Below are positions 37,886 to 50,281 of a DNA stretch of 64,000 bases, piece after piece. The notes beneath the pieces are model-generated. The model had not been told where the DNA came from, did no database searches, and saw only the letters and a program-made list of their open reading frames with translations. Every line of letters starts with the position of its first letter. Position 1 is the first letter of the stretch. The translations under genes and the position numbers were made by a program. Source of the DNA: Nemertoderma westbladi (Eukaryota; Animalia; Xenacoelomorpha); contig JAUCBJ010008697.1 in NCBI GenBank assembly GCA_032718475.1, forward strand, positions 1 to 64,000, given 5' to 3'.

Positions 37886-39143
37886 TATTATTATTATTAT
37901 TATTAATATAAATTTACACCATAACTTAGAACTGAACAAAGACTGCATAGACAATTTAACTATAGTATTATATGGTGATGGGGTTTCCCCCATAAAAGAT
38001 ACATTACATACATTTCATACATTACTTAGTTTAAAATATGAGTTAATAATTATTTAAGGTACATTAAAATACATCGAGTTAAAATTATTACTGTATGTAA
38101 TTGGTCTAAAAAGGCCGTGCTAATTATGAGATTAAACGAAGAAGTTAAAAGGGTCAGAAGACAGGATGTTATATGAAATTAGATAGAAATATTTGTATTA
38201 AAATAAGATGAAATATATATATACGTATTAATAAAAGGGTCGGTCTCTGATGTCGTAAAAATGAGATTAAATATATGCGTATAAATTTAAAATGAGATGC
38301 AGTAAATACGTAATAAAAGGGTCGGTCTCTGATTTCGTAGAAATGAGATAAAATATATGCATATTAAATTTAAAATGAGATGCAGTAAATACGTATTAAA
38401 AGGGTCAGAGTGGATGTGAAATGTAATAAAATTTGTATTAATTAAATAAAGCATTATAGAATATAAGTCGTTATCTATGGGTATAAATTATCGAGACGAG
38501 AGTTATTATTTCTACAGTTCATCAAGACGCAGCTGCAGCACACCGACCAGCTACAGGGAATATCAATTGAGTAGTGTTTAATGAAGTACCTCCAAAATAA
38601 ATCGATCAGACGAGATTTAAGCCCTACATGGTTTGTGAAATTGATTCGATTAGGTAATACATTTGCAATGTAAGGTACTCGGAACCAAAAGTTTTGTTCT
38701 GACTTGCATTTCTTCGGCCGCACAACATTAAATAAAATCCGATCATTTGAACGAGTATTTTGGTTTGATGGTCTGCTTAGTTTGAGGTGTTCTTCCCAGT
38801 TGATATCGCATTTTCCAGCGATAATCTTCGACAGCGTCATCAAATCTAGGAGTTGTAGGTAGAGAGAAAGGGGGAGTATGTTAAGTGATTTGAGCCGATC
38901 TGTGTAGGTCGATTCATTATCTCGTAGTATCCAGATAGTGGCACGTCGTTGTAGACTCTCTATACGTGATAGGTCGTGTTTATTTGGAGACCAACATGGT
39001 GATGCATAGGTTATTATCGGTAGAATCATAGATTTGTACATATTTAATTTCGATAGAGCGGTAAGATTTGATGCACAGTTACGTTTTATTAGTTGGAAGG
39101 CCATGTTTCCTTTACTGCATTTTTCAGTTACGTGTGCGGTCCA
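37886..39143 (-). mobile_element. 5'-truncated CR1/L2-group LINE with (TAA)n tail inserted in the 26-bp array
   Basis: KDLGVTF..ITWTAH, LNMYKSMILPIITYASPCWSP..RIESLQRRAT..YTDRLKSLNILPL; ORF ends 38475; (TTA)n at 37887-37905. Confidence 0.85.
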
Positions 39144-39744
39144 GGTAATATTCGATGAGAAGGTGACTCCCAGATCTTTTTCTGAGGTGGTTCGTTCTAT
39201 CGGACCGTGTAAGCACTATGACCAGCTCTACCGTGTAAGCACTATGACCAGACCATCCCTACCGTGTAAGCACTATGACCAGCCCTACCGTGTAAGCACT
39301 ATGACCAGCCCTACCGTGAAAGCACTATGACCAGGCCTACCGTGTAAGCACTATGACCAGACCTACCGTGTAAGCACTATGACCAGCCCTACCGTGTAAA
39401 TGTAAGCACCATGACCAGCTCTACCGTGTAAGCACTATGACCAGACCATCCCTACCGTGTAAGCACTATGAACAGCCCTACCGTGTAAGAACTATGACCA
39501 GCCCTACCGTGAAATCACTATGACCAGCCCTACCGTGTAAGGTAAGCACTATGGCCAGTCCTACCGTGTTAGCACTATGACCAGACCATCCCTACCGAGT
39601 AAGCACTATGAACAGCCCTACCGTGTAAGAACTATAACTAGCCTTACCGTGAAAGCACTATGACCAGCCCTACCGTGTAAGCACTATGACCAGACCTACC
39701 GTGTAAACACTATGACCAGCCCTACCGTGTCAGCACTATGACCC
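39144..39744. repeat. 26-bp minisatellite, right block
   Basis: Same unit resumes immediately after the LINE. Confidence 0.95.
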
Positions 39745-40033
39745 GTTCAAGGCATTTGTGGCAATTCAGAGTCGTATACAAAAAACAAACACAGCAAGGC
39801 GTAATATTATTTTGGCGGGTTTATATTCTCAACAACCTTGAGAAATTGCTGCGTTTAGAGTAGTTCGCGAATTGCACAATAAGATATATTTTTGCCGCAA
39901 AAGCTTTTACACCCACACATAATTATTAGGATATATAAATGTAAAAAAAAAACACAGGAACACAACACCGAGTCAATTACTTTAAATTATATTGTACAGT
40001 ATAAATTTAAAAATAATTGGACTGAAGAAAGTT

Positions 40034-42032
40034 TTACAAAACTAAAATAACAACAGAGCAGTCGGTATTACTGCCCACTGTAAGGGCTGTCTCAACTAAA
40101 GTTTTAGCCATAGCCTTCCCTAGTTCCGAATTATATGTAAATTTATAACGATTCGATTGTTTGTTATCGATGTAACTAGGGGCAACCGAGGGTATTGTTA
40201 CAGCTGATTCAATGTCGGCGTCGTAGGCACTGCTACCTACGTCTTCACTGGATGTCATGGAAACGTTACTATTAATCGACTTCACTTCATCTGAAATCCT
40301 TTCTAAATTATAGCTAATTATTTCGGAATTAATTTCATCTTCAGAAACTTTTTCAGCATTTTTAATTCTTGTTTTATTCTCATCTTCAACGGAATTTGCA
40401 ATAAATTCTTCCTCAACTCGTTTTAAGATATCGGCAACTTCCGCTTCGTTCAAAACTTGCCAGATCCCCTCCGTTGCTATGAGTATAAAACTTCCCTCCT
40501 CTATAGTTACAGTTGCCGCGGCAACAGTCGGTTTACAAATCAAAAGGGATTTTAATTGGCTGTCACCATAGTTACCGAGTGCCCTTGTGCATGACGTCAC
40601 ACCGTTTACCAGACCCGTTACTCCGGTAACCCTAGCACCCAACCTGAGAACTCGTTCCCTCTCTAAGGAATCCCTCGTTGTGTGCGGTCGGTTTACTATA
40701 GTTAAACTCCCTCGCCGGTACAAACTGACAACGACATCGCCTACGTTAGACACAACCAAATTAGCCGTATTATCCCCAACGTATTGGTATATTAAAGCGG
40801 TTGCCGAGCAACCGCTATGACGTAAGGCGGAAGTTTCGTCATCCCCGAATCCGATGTGCCGGTCCAACTTCCGGTAGGCTCTTCGGAACGCGGAATAAAA
40901 GACTTCACTTTTTTCCTCGTTTCTGTAATCCGTAAACCGGGGCCGATTTACATCTGCGCATCTCAACTTCTCTTTAGAGAATATCTCCAAGTTATTAGTC
41001 CGTTCGTAGTTGGCTGCGGTCACCTTCGCTCCGAGTTTTTGTAATTCCTCGTGTAAATATTTATGTAGATGGGATCCCGCAAGTCGGGAAGCGTGATTAC
41101 CCCCGTAACCGTCGTATAGGCCGGCAAACAGCCAATCAGAGCGTCCGCAATAGCCGTCTTCAATAGTCATAGAGTCCTCATTGGTTAATCTGGATGGGAT
41201 TTTAACGTTGACAACATGCGAAAACAGATGAAAATTTTGAAAAATTCTTGCATATTTATGTATAATAAATTTATCATAAAACAATTGAAATAAAGTTATA
41301 TTAATACCATTTATTGGATAAAATTGCTTATCATTCTCGTTGTTGCTCATTGCAGCTCGTTTTGCATTTTAACTCCTACCTGTAGTTAGAAACACCGTGA
41401 ATATTTCAAAAATATAATATCAACAGTTTGTTGTTACAGTAATATCTTTGTGTCTTTTTTATTTCTCCACCTATTAAATTTAAATTTACAAAAATAAACG
41501 TTAATAAAACAATAAACGAGATTTCGTATTTTTTACATTTGGTTTTCAAACCTATCGCATGAAGTGACGGTAAAGACACATCCAACCTTTTACTGGAATC
41601 CGAACACATTACAATATAAGAAACTCCCTCAACAGCGGGTTCCAGAATGTAACTTCTGATTGACAAATTCTTCACATCAACTCGTACATGCGGACAGTTT
41701 AAACACCTTTTAACATGTTCGTAAGCCGTATTGTGCTGCTCGACTTCATTTTGTAGTGAACTGGTATTTTCTAGAACTAATTCCTTGACAACACGTTTTC
41801 TCCGCTTACCCAATTTGGCCAGGGTATCTGGTCTCTTATCCCGCCAGTAACGCAATATCTGTAAATGTTTGTGCCAACGTTTGTGTTCTATGTAAACACG
41901 CGCGTCTAAGTAATGTTCGCAAGTGCTGCACTTGATACTCAAACTATCAGTTAGTGGGTCGACTAAACCTACTATATCCGCTGTCTGACTTGTGAGTGCG
42001 TTACCGGTACCACATTGAGACTCAACCTCCAT
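40034..42032 (-). CDS. PP2C-like domain protein (PP2D1-like); exons 42032-41587 and 41189-40034
   Basis: FAGLYDGYGG, SGCSAT, VSNVGD, TRALGNYGD; N-terminal CxxC..HKRWH region; AG|GTTGGA donor and ccAG acceptor join in phase 2 (SKR-LTNED). Confidence 0.75.
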
Positions 42033-42183
42033 TATATATGTATTTATACGATTAGTAAGCTTTTAGCGTTTTTTTTTTTCGGGCGAATATAATATTATAA
42101 CAATTAAATAATAATTAAATAAATAACCCAGTACATAAATGAATAAATAAAATATTCTACCACAGGCTCAAATATTATTATAT

Positions 42184-42196
42184 ATTGCTTGGCAAC
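42184..42196. promoter_or_regulatory. RFX X-box-like motif upstream of the PP2D1-like gene
   Basis: ATTGCTTGGCAAC, ~155 bp upstream of the ATG at 42032. Confidence 0.4.
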
Positions 42197-43999
42197 CGGA
42201 AATCAACAATAATTTATTGGATACAATATTACTGTTATTGTATTAGAGGTTAATTCAACATTATTTAATTTAGTTACCCGGTGTAACAGGAATATGTTAC
42301 CAGCTGTGCTGTGCATACCGAGTAATCTTAGGTATTGGTTTATTAACACGGCTTTACAAAAGGTAATATGAATACATTCGAAATTAATATAGGTGGTTTT
42401 AAAAAAATGAGATTTTACAATTATTCGTTTATTCATAAATCACTAGAAAGGCTACCAATGTGTCATTTATGACACAAATCCGACTTTGACCATGACTCAC
42501 AAGCTACAATGTAATCGTGAGGACCCACATTTTCCGAAGTCTTACTACTTTCGAAAGTTCTACAAGCTGATGAAGTGAATTTTTTTTACAGCCATTCCTA
42601 CTATGAAAATTTTAAAAAATTACTAAAAAGGCCATAATAGAAAGAAATTATCTTATCTTACTTTTCGAGTTACAGGTGGTTTTGGATGAATAGATTGTGG
42701 TGAAATTTAGAAAATGTTTTATACTATGTTTGTCTCATATAAATTCGAATTACTTTTGCATTTCTGTGTCGGAAAATTAATACAGATCTTTCGATTGTTA
42801 TTGTTTTACAAAAATACGATTTTCTGTATCTATAAATTGCACTGCATGCTCTATACCCAGGGCATATTTGGTAGGGAAATAAAGTAACATTATGTACAGA
42901 ACTAACGGTAAAGAAAGTTGAAATTAGTTGTTTGTGAAACTGATATATACAGTATGTACCAATTATATAGTGTTGGACCGCCGTTGTATAGCATACCGTC
43001 CTTTTTCTGATCTCATTACTGTACGGCCGTATGCAAAGCTGCACCATACAGGTTTGTTGTGCTCTAACAGTTGTAGTACAATGGATGTGAGTAATTCGTA
43101 GTACTGTATTTCCTCATAAAAAATAAATTAATTTTTGACGAAGACCACCTACGCCTTATTACAAATACCCCAAATCTAAATTCCTATTTGTATTACTTTA
43201 TTTACGTTTATCGAAATAATATTTAATTGTCTGCTGTGTACTTTACTTTATAGCCCTATGAAATCCGGATCCCGGACGCATTAGTGCTTAGGGTAGACTT
43301 GTGTAGATACAGTAATATAGAAGCTTTTATAGATTATATTTTTATTAGGATTATATTATAATATAGATATTTATAGCTGAGATATTTGAGGTGAATTATT
43401 GCTTTACATATTAACTTCAGCTCCAGCCACTTTGGCAATACGATAAAACTATAATAAATATTCTAGAACACAACAATATTAACAGGGAGATAGGCTACTT
43501 ATCTCTCCACTCAGACAGCCACAGATAGGGTGTGTTCCGACGCAATCAAAGTTCATCCATCTCCAGGGGAAAGACGAAGCAAATAACAGCTGATTATTTC
43601 TATAAATGTAAAGTGTTACCTGTTCTTTTGACTTTCGTTTAAATTGTTCTTTTTTAGCTCGGAGTAGACCTACTTTTTTCCCTCACTGTTTACTGTTTAC
43701 TTACTTTCCGGTTTATTATAGTATTACCAAGTCAATATGATATAATATAGACACAATAATATTATACTTATTTTTTTATTATTACTTTATGGAATAACGA
43801 TTAGAATCAATGTTATGGAACAATATATTTATAATATTTATAACATTATATTCTATTATACAGAAAATAAACGGAATATTCAGTTTCTATTTTACATAAG
43901 TTTTCACATTATTAATATTAAATATATAACGATATTCCGACGGGCTATATAACGATATTCCAATTGATATGAAATTGCTATAAAACTAAATATAAAACT

Positions 44000-46794
44000 G
44001 CACCAGCATCCCACCACCAATCAGAACAATACAATTAAGACAATAAGGTTTAACATACAATTAAAAATGGTGCACCGTGAATTAATAATGGTCTGCGAGG
44101 TCATTCCCCCGCAGACCCGCACCATCCCCAAAGCCCAGCGCCCTCCAGGGACGCCGGCCACCACGCAAACAGAGGGAGTTGGAGCGGAGGAGCGCGAACT
44201 GAAGCCGCCTCCGAACTCCCCCGAGAACGCAGGCTAGACCACGATCCCGCATCCCCTGCCGCCGAGCCACAAGGGTCTCAGCGAGGTGGCTGATGAAGGT
44301 ATCAGTCTCCTTGCACCACACCCCATCGGTGGTTCCGACAAGGGGGGTGAAGGAGAACCTTCTATCCTCGCACACCGCGCTATAGTGCACCTTCTTGGCT
44401 CGGACTCTCTGCTCGAGGACAGAGTCCAAGGACCGGTGAGCGTATGAGGGGGCGTCGGCGTTTACGATCGCAATATCGAAAGACGCCACCCTCTGCTCGG
44501 TCCAGACTCCCCTCACCAGGAGATCAGCCCTAACTCCTCCTACCTCGCGGCCCCTTCTGTCCAGGTAGCCGGTGCACAGCGTGACTTCACGCTGCACACA
44601 CGACCCACCAAAGGCAGAGGCGATAAGGTCCCCGAATACCTCCCGGACCTCATCGTGCCGCTTTATAATCAGGCCACCCGACTTGCAGTTCAGGGCGTGG
44701 GTTGTCGTAAACGGCTCCCCACACCCCTCACACTTCGCCGGGAGGCCGGGCGGCGTGAGGCCGTACCTCAGCGCGAGGTTGTCGCGGAACACCTCCGGGG
44801 CCAGGTCGGTGTTATCGACCACGGAGGGCTGCGCCGACAGCCACCCACCCGTCTTGTGGGACACCGTACGGTCCACAGTACGGCGCCTTTCGGCCGGGAC
44901 GGATTGGATGGTGGACTCCATCGCTGCCTTATAGGCGGCGTCCTGGGCGACACGACTCGCAGCCAACGCGGAGGCGAGGCAGGCGGAGTGGTCAGCGACG
45001 TTAAGGGGACAACCAGTCAGTCATCAGTGCCTCGACCACCCCAGCAGTCCCAGATAGCGACGCCTCCCTCGCGTGACCCCTCCGCATCAGGGGGTCCCGG
45101 ATCCCGATCCCACCATGGCGGACAGGAAGGAGGATGAGCTCCTCATCCACAGAACTGGGGGAAGTCCCAAAGAGGGCCGGGATGAAGCGCCGCAACAGCT
45201 CCTGGCGGATTGGCACCAGATCCTCGTCCCTTGTCTCCACCACCCGGAGCAGGTAGTCCCACTCCGCCTGGATGCAGTGGGACATACCAGTGTGGGCGGT
45301 CTGCGGGTACTCCACAGCCACCTCGGAGAGCTGGGCGATACTCGCAACCCACCCCGCCACTTTCTCCGCTATGAACTCCCGCAGTCCCTGGGAGTCCCCC
45401 ACGTAACCACCGAGGAAACGGTGGCCGGATACGATCCGGACTCCAGAATCCCCGAACACCTCCGTCGCCCTCCTCGCGTACTCCGGTTTCACAACAAGGT
45501 AGCTCTTCGCGGGTTCCGGTTTGTAGCCAATTCGGGGTCCACAGTGGCGCAGCTCCTCCCACCATTCCCACACTCCGGCGACGGACCCCGCAGACGAGGC
45601 GTCATCAGCGTACCAACACTGCTTTTGCCAGCAGGTGGTACTTACAGGTGGCTGGTCTCTGGGTGGTGGGTAGCAGGGTTGCGTGTTGACGGGTAGTGGG
45701 TCTCTGGGTGGTGTATCGGCGGATAGTGGGTCTCTGGGTCGCGGGTCGCAGGGTGGCGGGTCTCTGTGTGGCGGGTGCCTCGTTGGCGGATCACCGAGTC
45801 TGAGTGGCGGGTCGCAGGGTGGCGTGTCGCCGGATGGCGGGTCGCCGGGTGGCGGGTCGCCGGGTGGCGGGTCGATGGGTGGCGTGTCGCAGGGTGGCGG
45901 GTCGACAGCTGGTGGGTCGCCAGGTGGCGGGTGGCTGGGTGGCGGGTCGCCGAGTAGGGGGTCGAAGGGTGGCGTGTCGCCGGGTGGCGGGTCGCAGGGT
46001 GGCTGGTCTCCGGGTGGCGGTTCGCCAGAATGCGGGTCGTCTGACGACGGATCTCTGGATTTCTGGTCGCCGGATTGCGGGACGCCAGACGACGGGTCTC
46101 TGGGTGGCGGATCGCTGGATGGCGGGTCACCGGGTGGCGGATCACTGAGTCTGAGTGGCAGGTTGCAGGGTGATGGATCGCTAGGGGGCGTTAGCGATCC
46201 GACTTCCCTCAGCGAGTGGACCATGGGGAGAGTCCCACAGCCGTAGCCCAGCATTGCGGCCGGGTCGCCCTGCGTATAGCCCTCCCTACTCCACAGTGGT
46301 TTGCTAGACCCCTGTAGGTAGAGGGCTGCGTGGCCGTTATAAGCGTTATACAGGTACCGGGAGCACCGGTGCCAGTAAACGCGCGCGTTCCACAAGGCCA
46401 CAGGGCGACTCAGGCTGTTGAAGGCATTTGCGGCATCAACGAGGAGCATACACTCGGTGGAGGGTTGCTCAAACATCGCCGACATCGCGTGGACCGCGCC
46501 TTCAATCCCAGCATTCACTCCCGCACAGAGCTGGTCCGCCCCACACTCTGTTATAAAGTCCATTTTAGTGGCCGAGGTGAGGCAGTTCGTGGTGAGCCGG
46601 TACAGAACTTCACCGATCCCGATCGGCCGGACGCCAGGCTCCTTGTCGATAGCGACGAGGCGGCACGCTCGGAGCGCCCGGATTTCCCCCCACGGGACCA
46701 CCGAGTTGGCGAGGCGTCGAGCCAACCCAGCAACTGCCTCGCGGAGGCGGGAGCTGTGCGCCTCGTAGCGGGTGAGGAGGGCACTCCACTCCAC
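44000..46794 (-). mobile_element. CRE-clade non-LTR retrotransposon (RT + CCHC + restriction-like endonuclease), 5'-truncated, frameshift near 45000
   Basis: RLVAIDKEPGVRPIGIGE, DAANAFN, TQGDP, WYADD, LPVRHGGIGI, GGWL, FRDNLALRYG, CEGC..HALNC..RHD, RADL..FDI..KK..Y, FTPLV; far more GC-rich than its flanks. Confidence 0.88.
45640..46200. repeat. 15-bp GC-rich minisatellite (GGCGACCCGCCACCC on minus; encodes xDPPP) inside the CRE RT
   Basis: About 30 degenerate units between QGDP and YADD; reading frame kept. Confidence 0.9.
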
Positions 46795-48360
46795 ACATTA
46801 TTACGTATCAAAACTTCACTAAATTCCGAAGTAATAACACATCCATTATTGCCGCGATCGGACCAATTAAAATTCGGATAATTAAAATCCCCTACAATAA
46901 TAGTAGGGTGTGCAACATCACATAACCAATCCATTAAACTACATGTTAAACTATTGTATCTATACAACGAGGTTCTATCCTTGTAACAAGTATCAGGTGG
47001 CCTGTATATACAGGCAAATCGCACTTTATCACCCGCGTTGCTGTCGAGAATGACGCATTCGACTTCGCTAAACTTCTCAGGAATTTGCACCTCTAAGGGT
47101 TGGAGAGACCGTTTGCAGATTAGTGCTGCTCCACCCATAGAACGGTCAGATCGATCGCAACGGAATATCTCGTAGACATCTTGATAGACACCTAGAACAG
47201 CAGAGTCTGGGGTTGGTGGGTGTAGATCAGTTTCAGTTAGTCCAATGACAGAGTATTTACAAGAAGTTAGCATAACATCAAGCTCAGATTGTTTAGCAAC
47301 ACTCCCGAGGGATTGGACATTTGTGTAGTAGCAAAGATAATCGCTTGTACAATTAGGAGTTTCATTTCTCATTGTTCCTAAATATGTGATGTCTCCGTGT
47401 TCCCGTTTTCCGATTGATCAGGAGATCGACTACCAGATACATCCCCTGGGGTTTCAGATTCCTGAGAGACAGAGACGTCGGAGATTCTAGAGACCTGGGG
47501 ACTAGTTACCATTTGTACGGGAATGTTGTAATGCGCAGTTGTCCCTGATTTCCTTGGTACTGTTCTATTTCCAACAGATTTCCTAGCTGTTGGAGTTTTA
47601 CGTCGGGTTTCGACATGATGTTTGGCAGCAAGATACTCTGCCTCGTTCAACTGGACTCTAGAACTCCAATCAATTTTTCCAGTGTCCTGTCTTGTTCGGA
47701 GTGAGTAGGTTCCATCGCGCGAATCATAAACTACTGATAGCTGATGCGCAGATTGCATCGCAGATGGCGAAATCCTGGAGAGATATACGTGGGCTCGAAG
47801 AATATCTCTATGTTGCCTAGCACTGGAGGATATGTCTGGCCGAATAAAAATTCGTTTGAATTCATTGCTTGAAGATAGAGTACGACACTTAGAGAGCACC
47901 AAATCAGCTTCAGGAGAAGTCGAAAATGTCACTTCAACCAATCCCGGATTCCTCTGTATTTGGGATTTCTTGAGTCGCCGAAGATTAAAGGATTTCACTG
48001 AACTACAGTTAATATGATTTAGCACCCGGGTGAAGTACGCATTGTCAGCGTCCTTGCTGTCAGAGTCTGGCATGTTCTCAACATAGACAGTCTTTGCTAC
48101 TTCTTGGGATTGTGCGTTAGATCTCAAGGCATTTTCCACACATACTTGTATTTTCTCCTCCAGGTTATGTGCGCGCAGAGGAGTGGCCGTGGAGCTATCC
48201 TCGTTGGACTGGACTGTAACTGAGGGTTTCTTTCTCTTATTATTATTGCGAGATTGTTGTTTCTTCCAGGAGGAAGCTGCCTCAGTTGATTTCGTATTAC
48301 TGTCTTCAAGCATTTATATTAAATAATTAAAATTATTACAGAGATGTTCAGATGTAACGA
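46795..48360 (-). mobile_element. CR1-like LINE 5' half: ORF1 (47378-48313) and truncated APE endonuclease
   Basis: ORF1 with VYVENMPD..RRL..PGLVEVTF..IFIRPD; ORF2 start YYTNVQSL..IGLTET..IFRCDR..GGAALI..CIYRPP..IVGDFNYP, cut at the CRE junction. Confidence 0.85.
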
Positions 48361-48707
48361 TGTCAAAATTAGCGGTACCATGTTACAGTATTAGTATTCC
48401 AATTGATATAAGATAAAGATTATACTACTTATTATATGACAAATTAATTCTTCTATACAACTCTGTAACACTCGGTAAATATGCAACCATACTTTTCTTT
48501 ACTCGATTTTCCAATCAATATTTCATTATTTATTTCATTCATAAGACAAAAATAAATGCTATACTATTTAAAAGGCAAAGGCTATACTACTTATAAGGAA
48601 AATGCTATACTAATTATAAGACAAATGATACGGCTACACTACTTATAAGGCAAAGACTGTGACATTAAGACATTCGATTATTTATGGCAGCAGTTTAGTA
48701 CCATACT

Positions 48708-48789
48708 CTTATTTTATATGAGAGTCCATGCTGGGCTCTAACTGGATGGCACTTTCACAAGAATGCTGCGCCGGGTTCATTGTGTCAAT
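48708..48789 (+). mobile_element. Short RTE fragment
   Basis: gagtccatgctgggctctaact..gatggcac..ttcacaagaatgctgcgccgggttcattgtgtcaa matches 57830-57917 with an internal deletion. Confidence 0.75.
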
Positions 48790-49179
48790 GTCCGTCAATA
48801 AAAAGTAAATTATCTGTCTAAAATAATTCCCTATATGGGTTTTCGTGGTCGTTGACTTCAATTCTGATTTCGTGAATTTGGTACCGGTAGCGCGGTAGGC
48901 CTAGCAGTTCATTCTGTCACTCTACATGTTGGGTCTCGACTATTATGCTACTTTTTGATGCGCATCTACGTGATGCAGACTGCCCCGAGCACATGGACGC
49001 GAAACGTCGTTATCGAGGCGAATTTTATACATCATTTATGTGTGAATGCGTATTTGTGGTCAAATTGGGCTATTATTCCATGACCATTTTCAGCCAAATT
49101 TGTCAACCAGCAGGAAACTCTATAACAGCGGTTGCACCAACAGACTCAATCTGTTCTAAATGATACTTTGCAGATACGT

Positions 49180-49814
49180 TCCTGACCATAGACTTTGTGT
49201 TTGGGAAGACACTGATCAATCTGCAGTTCTCCAGTCTGCCGCTAGGGGGCGAAATGTCAGAAACTGAAAACCTTCTTCCATTTCGTTATTAGTAATGCCT
49301 TTTAGCTGATACGTGGCAGAGGTCTACTACACCATAGACTGCGTGTTTGTGGAAAACTCTGACCAATCTGCGATTTCTCAGTCTGCCGCTAGAGGGTGAA
49401 ATGTCTCAAGTTAAATCCTTCTCCCATTTCGTTGTTTCTAATGCTTTTTTGCTTATACTTGGGAAAGGCATGCTTGACCATAGGCTGTTTGTATGGGGAG
49501 GACGCCAACCAGATATTCTGCGGATTTCCAGTCTACTGCTAGGATGCGAAATATCTGAATCTGAAAAGTAAAAACATTCTCACATTTATTTATTAAAAAT
49601 GTTTTTACGCTGATAATTGTCAGAGGTCTACTGTACTACAATCATAAGGCTGCATCTATGTGAAGGACATTGAGCAGTGTAGATATCTGAAAAGTAAAAC
49701 AGCATCAGTCCTTGTGTGAAGTTTTGTTAAGTTAATTAATTAATTAATGTTTGGAATGGTGAATAGGCTTGTGAACTAGAAAGCCGTGGCCCGAAGGGCC
49801 ACTGGCTTTCTAGT
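49180..49814 (+). mobile_element. Helitron-like non-autonomous element: ~146-bp internal tandem repeats and terminal hairpin ending CTAGT
   Basis: ccatag(a/g)ct at 49186, 49332, 49479; near-perfect palindrome ACTAGAAAGCCGTGGCCC-GAA-GGGCCACTGGCTTTCTAGT at 49775-49814. Confidence 0.55.
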
Positions 49815-50281
49815 ATATATTATATATTAATAATCTGACAATACCCATACCACATTATGTACAGCTTATAATAATACAGCCATTCGGCTGCTTTTCAACA
49901 TCCCTAGGATGATGGCTGATGAGAATACTCGCACGAGTATGTCACTAACTTGTAGCCAACTAATATGTCAATAAACATATATATATAGCCAACTCGGCTT
50001 ACCAACGTTTGTCCACGTCAGAGCCTGGGCTATTGAAAGCCTTGCTAAGCGCGCAAACCTGTGCAAAGTTCTGTCGTTTGTGCTATAATATATATTATAT
50101 AATATATTATATTATTATATATATATAATACGTTATTGTGTAATTATAATTATATAGAGTACATTACTTAATTATTGTACTAAGTGTTGTGAGTCTCTAT
50201 ATATAATATATGCTATCTATATGGCGAATTAAAACTTAATAATAATAATAATGTAGTTAATAGTTAACAATAGTAGATTCG

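Noticed and set aside
35167-39744. 26-bp repeat array as a CRISPR
   Set aside because: Units are head-to-tail with no unique spacers, no cas genes, eukaryotic context.
44572-46881. Several plus-strand Gly/Arg-rich ORFs
   Set aside because: Antisense shadows of the GC-rich CRE ORF and its minisatellite.
37886-48360. CR1 5' half (46.8-48.3 kb) and LINE 3' end (37.9-39.1 kb) as one element capturing the PP2D1-like gene
   Set aside because: No TSD, most of ORF2 is missing and there is no evidence they share a family; independent fragments are simpler.
49916-49950. Second hammerhead (CTGATGAG followed by a hairpin)
   Set aside because: No GAAA after the stem and no stems I or III.
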